A DNA stretch of 60,251 bases from Candidatus Heimdallarchaeota archaeon (GTDB lineage Archaea; Asgardarchaeota; Heimdallarchaeia; JABLTI01), in the NCBI GenBank assembly GCA_019058275.1, contig JAHLVW010000051.1, positions 1 to 60,251 on the forward strand. The letters are read 5' to 3'. A program made the translations under genes and the position numbers. Below are positions 21,320-30,483 of this stretch, piece after piece (the stretch's first letter is position 1; every line of letters begins with the position of its first letter). The notes beneath the pieces were generated by a model. That model was not told the DNA's origin, made no database searches, and was given only the letters and a program-made list of their open reading frames with translations.

Positions 21320-21460
21320 ATGAAAAAATTAAACACAAAAGTAGTCACATTAGCAATAATAATTCTATCACTACTTGCTGTAGGCGGAGTAGGTATTAAA
21401 CAAGCAGTATCACCTAGCGGATTTGGACAAGGCGATGCTGGAACTGGTGGTGGCGGATAG
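21320..21460 (+). CDS. Small secreted peptide (46 aa) with Gly-rich C-terminus, absent from ORF track
   Basis: MKKLNTKVVTLAIIILSLLAVGGVGIKQAVSPSGFGQGDAGTGGGG*; basic N-region and hydrophobic H-region; upstream GGAG; hairpin + T-run at the end. Confidence 0.8.
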   Translation: MKKLNTKVVTLAIIILSLLAVGGVGIKQAVSPSGFGQGDAGTGGGG

Positions 21461-21482
21461 CTACCATTCCGCCATATTTTTT
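21451..21482 (+). terminator. Hairpin + T-tract between peptide gene and convergent regulator
   Basis: TGGCGGA-N10-TCCGCCA followed by TATTTTTT. Confidence 0.55.
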
Positions 21483-23217
21483 AAAGAATCCATTTCTTTT
21501 TCTCAAAATCATACAAATCAATGTATGGTACGTAACGTAATAAACAGCTTTTGATAGATAACATACTAAATTCTATTTCTTTCTCTTCAAGTATCTTAGA
21601 AATTAGATCAGATGTTGAATCTTTATAATTTAAGCCATTAATGCTCAAATATAGCTCCTCATAAGAATTCAATATTACAATCCAACCAAATACAGAAAGA
21701 CTGTCAACTAATCTAATAATTGAATCTGAATTAGGGTCACATTTTAATATAATCATCAATTGATCATGTGAATTCAATATTGAGGGAGATATTGATATAC
21801 GATAATCTAATAATCCTTTTTCTAACGCTTCATTCTGCAGTTTGTTAAAGAAATTTGTAGCTTCTAAAGTGTCATTTGGATCAATATTATTGTTTAATAA
21901 AAAGGCATTCAACTCAGACATCCATACTCCATAGTACCCTTTTGTAATAATCGATTTTGAGATCAATATTGATAAGAATTCTAGCAATCTTTGATCAAAT
22001 ACAATTTCTTCCTTGGATTCAGAAGAGAATTTCTCTTTACTATTCCAGAGTATGAATTTCTGAATAGGTAATTTGTTGTTAATTAATTTATCGAAATTTG
22101 ATATAGTAGGTTTAATTTTAGGATGAACGAAGGATGTTCTGTATAATTTATTCTGAATTGGTTTAAGCTCAAAAGAAAATATCATTTTATCGTTTACAAA
22201 CTTATCTAACCTAAAGGATAAATTATCAATAATTGAATGAGGGCAATGAATTACAGAGTATAAATAATTATAATCATTATCTTCACCATCAAATAATTCG
22301 AAGATGTAGCGATTCTTTAGTAAGTCCTTAGCAAGTTCTTCTCTTTCTGAAACTTTGTTTTTATCAAGTTTTATTAACAGCAAATAAGTATGTAGACCTA
22401 ATGCTTGCCAGTTAAGTTCCTTTCTCCATGATGCATTATATCGAGAAACAATTTTTGTTAGATGTTTTGTAACAGTAGAATGATTCATTTGCAAATTTCT
22501 ACCAATAGCTACTGCTGTACTATTATGACCAATATTGATAAGTTCATTAATGACAATAATAGTGGAATCTTTAAATTGTATAGGTGCGACCATTTCCTCA
22601 GGAGACGAAGATAGATAGCGAGAAAAGTCATTGATAAGCTCCTCAGAATCTATCGCTTCATAAGGAATATCTTCGATAAAATGCATGAAAGTATTAAAAA
22701 TCAGTTTATAGGTTATGTTTTGATTAACAATTGTTGTTAATAAAGAATCAATTTCTGCAATTGGATAGAAACTTGTCATAGGATCTTTGTCAGGAGGATA
22801 AAGGATTTTGGCTTTTAAAATTTGGAATTCAGACTCGAAGGATTTACCTTCATATTTTTTTTGAAGATATGTTAAAGCCATGATGTTGACAAAAAGATTT
22901 GAAACCTCTAAAATAGATTCTTCCTGTAATGTTGTAGAGAAGAAGAGCAACATGCTTTCTCGAATTGTTATAAATTCTGAAAATTTTCTCTTAGTCAATT
23001 CCGGTTGAATAGTATCCAACCAATTTGCAAAAATTATCTTATTATTATCTCTCTTCACACCAAAAGTAAATCCAAATTCTGGAGCATCGCCAATTTCTAT
23101 AATAATATCTGAGAGCTGTCGCTGTAAATCCCATTTAGTTTCCTCAATAATAGAAGAAAGAACCTTTTCCATTCCCTCTCGGATAGCCTTAGGAGTAAGG
23201 GGGAATTTGAACTTCAT
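21481..23217 (-). CDS. Large regulator: N-terminal putative sensor domain + tandem Lrp/AsnC-like wHTH-RAM units
   Basis: HTH TAVAIGRNLQMNHSTVTKHLTKI followed by LNWQALGLHTYLLLI (Lrp-type linker); second degenerate unit in the C-terminal third. Confidence 0.65.
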   Translation of the reverse strand: MKFKFPLTPKAIREGMEKVLSSIIEETKWDLQRQLSDIIIEIGDAPEFGFTFGVKRDNNKIIFANWLDTIQPELTKRKFSEFITIRESMLLFFSTTLQEESILEVSNLFVNIMALTYLQKKYEGKSFESEFQILKAKILYPPDKDPMTSFYPIAEIDSLLTTIVNQNITYKLIFNTFMHFIEDIPYEAIDSEELINDFSRYLSSSPEEMVAPIQFKDSTIIVINELINIGHNSTAVAIGRNLQMNHSTVTKHLTKIVSRYNASWRKELNWQALGLHTYLLLIKLDKNKVSEREELAKDLLKNRYIFELFDGEDNDYNYLYSVIHCPHSIIDNLSFRLDKFVNDKMIFSFELKPIQNKLYRTSFVHPKIKPTISNFDKLINNKLPIQKFILWNSKEKFSSESKEEIVFDQRLLEFLSILISKSIITKGYYGVWMSELNAFLLNNNIDPNDTLEATNFFNKLQNEALEKGLLDYRISISPSILNSHDQLMIILKCDPNSDSIIRLVDSLSVFGWIVILNSYEELYLSINGLNYKDSTSDLISKILEEKEIEFSMLSIKSCLLRYVPYIDLYDFEKKKWIL

Positions 23218-23409
23218 GTTAGCTAGAAAGTAAGAGAACCGACTATTAAAAGATTATTTCCCTGAGAAGTACATAAATTTACAATCAACTATAATTTACT
23301 AAGTCCATAAAATGAAAACTATTTTTAATAATTACTATCAAAATATATTGAGGAAATGTACAATAAATCAATTAGATAGATAATTAATAGAAACAGGTGG
23401 AGTGAAAAA

Positions 23410-23994
23410 ATGGCAGGTGAAAGCCCCGAAATACAACTAGCACAAGATGTAATGACGTTGTATAGAGGGGCAGAATTAAGATTCTTTCAGAGATTGAACT
23501 TACGAGAAGGACAAGTTGTACTGGATTTTGGTTGCAGAATGGGAAACTATACCATTCCAGTAGTAGAAATAGTCGGAAAAACAGGGAGAATCTATGCTCT
23601 AGATGTAGATCATAGAGCAGTAAATGAAGTGATAGCAAGAGCAGGAAAATTCGGATTAGAGAATATTGTACCAATGAAAACAGAAGGGGAGCTGGAAGTA
23701 GACTTACCAAATAAGTCAGTAGATGTAATCCTGTTCTTTGATGTAATATACCCAATGTGTAAAAATAAAGGAATAAAACGATACACAACACTCTTGAAAG
23801 AATTCAAAAGAATAATGAGAGAAAGATGAATACTAATCACACTATTTGATCATCTAAGAGAGCTAAATGTTGCAGTGGATGAAGTGATAGAAATAACAGC
23901 AATTAAATTAAAATATGCAGGAGAACTAAAAACGGAATTATTACATTGGGATAGTCTGAAAGAAGGGATAGTTAATATTTTTGTCAAAAAATAG
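23410..23994 (+). pseudogene. Class I SAM-dependent methyltransferase with in-frame TGA (23827-23829)
   Basis: VLDFGCRMG motif I, IYALDVD, SVDVILF; frame continues KRIMRER*ILITLF...NIFVKK*; the stop sits at the usual Gly of RxLKPGG. Confidence 0.8.
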
Positions 23995-24342
23995 TTACTT
24001 ACTACCAATGAAAATGCAAAAGAAAAAGAGAATCACTCGAAAAATTTTTAATACTAGTCACCAATAATAATTACAATCCAACAAAAACTATTTTTGTTGG
24101 ACCCTCTCTCCCCACAATAAACACCTATTCTTTTAGAAGGGTGTTTATTAAATAAAAAATCCCTATTTCCTTTTCCTGGACGGCTGGGAACTTTTTCCAG
24201 CGTCCAGTTTTAGTTCCGCTTATTTGATAGTAGGTTTGTCGTTTGTTTTTAGTGAAAATATTAAATTTCAAATATATCGTAACATCTATATATCTTTTTT
24301 CAATAGCTAAATTAAGAAGTGAATTAATAGGGAGATTAGTTA

Positions 24343-25404
24343 ATGAAAGTAAAACTATGCTTACTAAATCTGGCACCCGTACAATTATTTTATTCTCTTT
24401 TGACTCCATATCTTTTAGGAATTAGTAGGATTTTGCCAAAAAAAATTATGTTTGTTTTTTTCAATGGCAGATATTTAGTGTTCTATTGGTATAGAAAAGG
24501 AAATGTTCAATTTTTTACAGCTTCTTTCAACAAATGGAATAATTTTAGCTGGCTTTTAGTCTTAATCACATTAGGTACTCTAATAGCTATTGGGTTAATT
24601 TTTTATGCAAGTATTTTACAACACAAACTTGATAATTCTTCTTATGAAAGGCATCTAAATAATAGGTATGTTGAAAAATATCATGTTTTTTCCTTTATTG
24701 GTGGAGTTTTAGGTTCCATTGTTACTTTGACCTTCATTCCATTTGCTAGTTGGGTTAAGGAGGAGGGCAATTTACTCACCTCTGTCGGTTTTAGCACTTA
24801 TTTTTGGAAGCTAAGATTTTTTGGATTCTACATTTCACTTGGATTTTTTATCTTTGTTGCTATTTGGTCGCTTAATAATTTCAGTTATTATCAACCTAAA
24901 CCGATTTATGGAACTGAAAGTTCTAGAAGGTTATCTGATCTTGCTAATGTACGTAGTCCAAACTTCATTCTGCATAATCTTGATGATACCCCTTTTCCAA
25001 TTCCTTCCAGACTGTTATACTTGTTTTTTGAGAAAGGATCTGATTTTAAGGAGAGGTTTTTACCGCCAGGTCATCAGTTTGTTTTTGTTAACAGCGAAAT
25101 AATTCTCTATATGGATAAAAATCACACAAACCATCTTCTTAACAAAGGTATTACCTCTAGATTCACTTGCTTTTATTGTGGTGAGGCACTTTCATTAGAG
25201 GACAAGATTTGTCTATACTGCTTTCAATCTCCTTTGCATTGTTCTGTTTGCAAACTTCCAATAAACAAAGATGAATTAATTAGTCAGTGTCCGAAATGTG
25301 GTGTTTATAGCCATAAGGATCATTTAGATGCCTGGATTCGTACTCAAAACAAATGTCCGTCTTGTTTACAAGAATTTTCTGTATCATGCAACAATCTAAC
25401 GTAG
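24343..25404 (+). CDS. Multi-pass membrane protein with C-terminal zinc ribbon and RING-like domain
   Basis: Several TMs; CFYC..CLYC then CSVC...CPKC...HKDHLDAWI...KCPSC. Confidence 0.75.
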   Translation: MKVKLCLLNLAPVQLFYSLLTPYLLGISRILPKKIMFVFFNGRYLVFYWYRKGNVQFFTASFNKWNNFSWLLVLITLGTLIAIGLIFYASILQHKLDNSSYERHLNNRYVEKYHVFSFIGGVLGSIVTLTFIPFASWVKEEGNLLTSVGFSTYFWKLRFFGFYISLGFFIFVAIWSLNNFSYYQPKPIYGTESSRRLSDLANVRSPNFILHNLDDTPFPIPSRLLYLFFEKGSDFKERFLPPGHQFVFVNSEIILYMDKNHTNHLLNKGITSRFTCFYCGEALSLEDKICLYCFQSPLHCSVCKLPINKDELISQCPKCGVYSHKDHLDAWIRTQNKCPSCLQEFSVSCNNLT

Positions 25405-25414
25405 AGTTCTTTGT

Positions 25415-27388
25415 TCAAAATTTATTCTTTTTTCTGTAAACAACTAAAGCAGCTATTATTATCGACGTTACTGAGAATATCAAAATATTACTTATTCTTG
25501 TTATTCCAAATTTTTTGGTTGTTGGTTCTATTTCGCTCACTTCAAAGTCTGTCATCTCATCATCTGTTGAAATTTCTGTTGTCAATGCTTGCCCTATTTC
25601 TATTGCGTGTGTTTTCGATTTTTGCCAAACGATTTCATCATTAGTTATGTGTTTCACTGTTAGATTAACATCTTGTGTTGCACTAGCTGCATAAGAAGCA
25701 TCTACAACTACCTGGAAGGTTTCTGCTCCATTTGCTTTGCTCAAAGCTAAACTTGTTTTCGGGATACGAATCATGAAATTCCCAAACAAATCATTGTAGT
25801 ATTCTGCTCCTTCCATCCCTATTTCTATGCCCATATGAGAATTGGGAAATGCATCATTTAATCCTACGTGATATATTTCTTCTGGCGAAACTTCGAAGAA
25901 TACATCTAATTTTATGGATGGATCAATGATGAACAGCTGTATTTCATAGAAATCTTTCAATTTAAACTTGTCATTAATTAAAACCTGGAATAATCTATTT
26001 AGAAAACCGTCCCAACGAGTCTCTTTACTTACTTTCAAATCTGCATACATATTTGGATACAAATACCCATGATACATATCTTTGCTATCTGGGAAACATA
26101 AGCTGAATCCTTGTAAATAGGGTGCAGGATACGTATGATTTTCGTCCCACTGGTTATATCGATCTACTAAAACTCCATTAGGGTCTGATTCCAACATTGT
26201 AAGCAATTCAGCACCATAAGCACCTATGGTAGCATAATGAAATTGTAATTGATTATCAACTATTATTTCTATGCAATCATACAAGTCCACTAACATGGAT
26301 GACGACGATTCAAGGCCATCTGTGCCCATACTATATCTTAATTCTTTAAAGAAGAGAATTTTGGATGAATTATAATCTAATTCATCATGCAAGCTCTCTA
26401 CAAAAAGGTCAAAAGTTTCCATAAATGATAATCCCAATGTTGCTACTGGGAATTGTGTCAAATCATAAATTGCAATGGTACCCCAGTCACGCCATTCCGG
26501 TAAAACAACTGGTGTAACGCCCACTTCAAAAGCCATTCGAGCAAATTCCTTAGGGGTCATATCTGTGTTACGGCTTAAATTGTAAACATATTCTCTTGGT
26601 GTATATAGTTGATTTGATCCTAGTGTTGTTTCACCAGCTATTATATATGATACTTCATCTACAAATTGCCAAGCTACTTCAAAAGAACCACCAAGACATG
26701 TGTTAAATATCAATACATCAACATTATTTGTTCCTGATAGAGAGTTCTCTATTTCTGGTAGAGTTAGACAATCACCAAGAGCATAGGTCATGGAAGGATG
26801 TGGTGCGTGATAATCAAAACAAAAACCAGCATATGCTCGTCCATGATCTACCAGTGAGAGTGCATAATAATCTGCAGGATAATTCGTTTTGCAAAAATCT
26901 ACAAAATCATCTAATGTTTGTCCATCACCCATATTCGTTTGTCCCCAATCTGCTACAGTAGTATTTCATCCAACTGAAGCAGCTTTTAGTTCATAGATAT
27001 AGGCATGCCCATATTGATCTGTTAAAGAGTAAGGAAAATCATATAATGCAATCACATTTATGTCTACTTCTGATCCTGCCAATAAGTCACTTTCAACTAT
27101 ACCTGTTATTGCCTCTAACATGCTATCATGAAGATAATTTTCTGAATTATCTAGATTAGATGTTACTTTACTTATTCTTGTATCTGCACAGAAGTAAAGC
27201 ATTAACGTCCATTTTTTATTTGCTTCTGGTTTAATCTCAAACGAGATGTTTTCATATTTGTTTCCTTTGAGAGTAATTCTTGGAAGAATTGCTAGAGAAA
27301 CAACTAAAATTAGTATAAAGACGGGTTTAATTTTTTTATAATTCAATCTTATAATCCCCCGATTATAACATAGATGTCTATTGTCCAA
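25415..27388 (-). pseudogene. Membrane-anchored clostripain-family protease with in-frame TGA (26966-26968)
   Basis: KWTLMLYFCAD, NMGDGQTL, LVDHG, FNTCLGG; frame continues ASVG*NTTVADWGQTNMGD; signal peptide and C-terminal TM. Confidence 0.8.
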
Positions 27389-27584
27389 TTAACAATTTAA
27401 AATTACTTGCCAAAATATACCGAAAAGAAAATTTCTCCAAATACTATTTTAATTGTTTCCCTGAAAAATCACAATTTCCTTTTACAGAATTTTTTTATCC
27501 TTATTATGATATGTTTCTTTTGAACTTACATTATGTTTTAAATATTGAATTAATAATACAAAGAATATTTTCGGGTAGTAAAAA

Positions 27585-27980
27585 ATGACAGATGTAGAAG
27601 TTATTTGCAAGAATTGCTCTCACAGATTTTCTTTAGAATTCCGTATTATTGATAAAACAATTCATTGCCCCAATTGTTCTAAATTTGGTACAATTTCCTC
27701 AAGAGCTCCTGATTTTGATTGCCAACCAATATGGAATAGAGGGTATGAAATCAGTCTTGATTCATTTGAAGAGTTGTTGAAGCTCGGTAGCAAATATATG
27801 CTAAAATCCTTTTTCAAAAGATATCTTGGTTTGAGTTTTACTCGTAGAAAAAGTGGTTCTATCTTCTTTCGTGATAAATCTAACAAACCAGTTACTATTG
27901 AGGAAGTTCATAACTTGATTCAAAGTGATTGGCTTTTGCAACGTTGGATATACAACATTAATTTTACTACTTTTAGATGA
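27585..27980 (+). CDS. Hypothetical protein with N-terminal zinc ribbon
   Basis: CKNC...CPNC. Confidence 0.6.
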   Translation: MTDVEVICKNCSHRFSLEFRIIDKTIHCPNCSKFGTISSRAPDFDCQPIWNRGYEISLDSFEELLKLGSKYMLKSFFKRYLGLSFTRRKSGSIFFRDKSNKPVTIEEVHNLIQSDWLLQRWIYNINFTTFR

Positions 27981-28046
27981 TGGTTCCTTTCTACACAAGC
28001 TATTTATAATTACTAATTCTTCGATAGTATTAGGTGGGATTTTCCT

Positions 28047-29141
28047 ATGGAACTCAAAACCCAATCTGATTTTGATGATCTTATTTTTGGTGCTAAGATT
28101 CTTGGTTGTGGTGGAGGAGGAGAAGAATCTCTTGCTCGAACTCGAGTGAAATACATTCTAGACAATAACCTATCTGTTAATGTTATTGACCCTAAAGATT
28201 TACCTGATGATGCTCTTATCTGCGTTTCTGGCATGGTTGGCGGTCGCTGTACTCCTGAATGTTTAGCTAATGTTGAAGGTCTTCCTGAAACTGATCCCTG
28301 GCCAATGCTTACTGCTACCAAATTACTCGAGAGTTACCTTGATGAAAAATTACATTCCCTTGTTTCCACGGAGATAGGTGCAGGTAATTTTTTGGTTCCC
28401 ATTCTTGTTTCTGCTCGATTGGGTATTAATGTTCTTGATGGTGATTTGTGTGGTCGTGCTAAACCTGAAATCAGCATCTCTACCAGCAATGTTGTAGGTA
28501 TTCCAATCACTCCATTAACAATAGTTTCTTCGTATGGCGATGAAATGATCCTGAAAACTGCACAAACTGATCAAAGAGCAGAATCGATTGCTCGAGAGAT
28601 GGCTGTTCTATCCGGTGGTGCTGTTGGCGTTGCTCGTTGTCCTGCTCATTGGTCTGCTTATAAGAAAGCAGTTATACCAAATACTATGAGTCAAGCTAAA
28701 GAACTTGGCTCAGCTATACGCTTGGCTCGAGACAAAGCTAAGGATCCAATCGAACCTCTTGTTAGGATTATTAATGGGCAACTCCTAATTCCGGGAAAGG
28801 TCAAGAGCTTTGAGGCCAAAGATTTAGGCGGTTTTGTAATTGGTGACCTTATCCTTGAGGATGATAAGAAAAAGCAATACAAAATTTGGTTTAAGAATGA
28901 ATACTTAGTTGTTTGGTTAGAAGACAAACCTCTTGCATCATCACCTGATATCATTTGTGTCGTTGATGCTAATACTGGTGAGGGATTAACCCCTTGGGCT
29001 AATGATTTTCCAAAAGATCGTGATGTGGTCATTGTTATAGCTAGAAATAATCCTATTTGGTATAGTCTAAAAGGTCTCGAGATCTTTGGTCCCAAGCACT
29101 TTAGTTTTGATTTCGAGCATACAACACTTGAAAATCTTTAA
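28047..29141 (+). CDS. DUF917-family protein
   Basis: GAKILGCGGGG, EIGAGN, DGDLCGRAKPE, FKNEYL, PDIICVVD motifs. Confidence 0.85.
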   Translation: MELKTQSDFDDLIFGAKILGCGGGGEESLARTRVKYILDNNLSVNVIDPKDLPDDALICVSGMVGGRCTPECLANVEGLPETDPWPMLTATKLLESYLDEKLHSLVSTEIGAGNFLVPILVSARLGINVLDGDLCGRAKPEISISTSNVVGIPITPLTIVSSYGDEMILKTAQTDQRAESIAREMAVLSGGAVGVARCPAHWSAYKKAVIPNTMSQAKELGSAIRLARDKAKDPIEPLVRIINGQLLIPGKVKSFEAKDLGGFVIGDLILEDDKKKQYKIWFKNEYLVVWLEDKPLASSPDIICVVDANTGEGLTPWANDFPKDRDVVIVIARNNPIWYSLKGLEIFGPKHFSFDFEHTTLENL

Positions 29142-29161
29142 AGAAATGAAGATAATTAGTC

Positions 29162-30163
29162 TTATTTGGCAGCTTTTGTTTTCTGCCTATGTAAGACTAA
29201 TTCAATGATATCTCCATCTTGTAGTATGTGTTCTAAACCTACTTGTTGACCATCAAATTCACTCGATGGTCCCCAAATTTTAGCATACCTAAATCGTTTT
29301 ACGAAGCTGGTATGAATCTTTTCTGCAACATCTGATACTTTCGCTCCTTTGCGAATGACAAATGGTTCTGAAAGATTTGGCTTTTCACCAGGTGGTTTAG
29401 TATATACTCGCATTGCCTTTAGTAGTTCAAATAAGGATAGCTTGAGTTTCTCGAGAGATTCTTCATTATTATATGCTGTTGGATAGACATCCCACTTAGC
29501 TTTTTCAAGTAATTCTTGGTAGGTTTCTTTTGAACCTGGCAAATCACCTTTTGAAGCAATGATAGCTATTTTGTATTCTGATTTACCATCTACAAGAATA
29601 TTAGATTCTACAAGTTGTTCAGTTAGGAATTCGAGTTGTCTATCAATACTCATTGTCAGGTCAACGACCATCACTATTGCATCGCTAGTTCGAGCAACTC
29701 TGTTTATTTGCTTACTAATTGTCCAGTCTTCTTTGAAATCAAGAAAACCAGGAAGATCTACTATTTGGAATGTTACACCTTGGTAAGTGCATGCACCTGC
29801 TTGGCCAATAGTTGTTGTATGTAAGAAATTTCCAACTTCAACTTCGGTATTTGTTATAGCATTCATTAGAGTGCTCTTTCCAACATTAGATAAACCAAAA
29901 AGAGCAATTCTTCCGACTCCAGACATTGGGATTTCAAATGGATCATATTGTCTACCTTTTGCTTTTGGTTTAGCAAGGACTTCATCTTTTTTACTTTCTA
30001 ACCAGCTGATTAACTGCTTATAAGGACCCCAATTATCTAATTTCTTTCTTTGAATCTCTTCGATAATTGCATCTACCTCTGCAACGAATTCTTCACCTTC
30101 AAGGTGTCGCAATTTATTTGCTACTTTGTATAGGAAAAATCTATACTTGTTGTGTCTACTCAT
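29162..30163 (-). CDS. DRG/OBG-family GTPase with C-terminal TGS domain
   Basis: GLSNVGKST, HTT, DLPG, SKGD; RVYTKPPG...IH...YAKIWG...VGLEHILQDGD TGS. Confidence 0.88.
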   Translation of the reverse strand: MSRHNKYRFFLYKVANKLRHLEGEEFVAEVDAIIEEIQRKKLDNWGPYKQLISWLESKKDEVLAKPKAKGRQYDPFEIPMSGVGRIALFGLSNVGKSTLMNAITNTEVEVGNFLHTTTIGQAGACTYQGVTFQIVDLPGFLDFKEDWTISKQINRVARTSDAIVMVVDLTMSIDRQLEFLTEQLVESNILVDGKSEYKIAIIASKGDLPGSKETYQELLEKAKWDVYPTAYNNEESLEKLKLSLFELLKAMRVYTKPPGEKPNLSEPFVIRKGAKVSDVAEKIHTSFVKRFRYAKIWGPSSEFDGQQVGLEHILQDGDIIELVLHRQKTKAAK

Positions 30164-30483
30164 TTTCTACTTCACCTTTTGTTTTCTTGTTATTTATGTA
30201 ATTTTCTTCCAAAAGAGTCAAAACTATTTTTCCAGAGTAGAAAATGGCTTATTATCACAATGCAACGTTAGAACCAGCTATTGTCAAGGAATCTACTGAC
30301 CCTTAAAAAAACATCAATTCCCAGAAAAAATAGTGGACCTAATTTACGCTACGCTAATCCATTTTCTACCAATGGTTGCGAAGCGAGATCCCCTCGCATT
30401 TAGTCAAACTGCTAGGGATAAATAGACCATTTTTGTCCACATAATTTCTTATTAGATTACTCAAATAAATGTTTTTGTAAAAT

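Noticed and set aside
21449-21460. Ubiquitin/SAMP-like modifier suggested by the terminal Gly-Gly
   Set aside because: Too short for a beta-grasp fold and carries a signal peptide
5418-27388. Genetic-code reassignment or Sec/Pyl insertion as the cause of in-frame stops
   Set aside because: TAA, TAG and TGA all occur internally and all terminate intact genes; the positions are not catalytic Cys/Lys sites; no SECIS-like or pyl elements seen
21132-30327. Shared TTTCTGGGAATTGA 14-mer upstream of the peptide gene and (reverse) in the DRG leader
   Set aside because: A single 14-mer match is expected by chance in AT-rich sequence of this size
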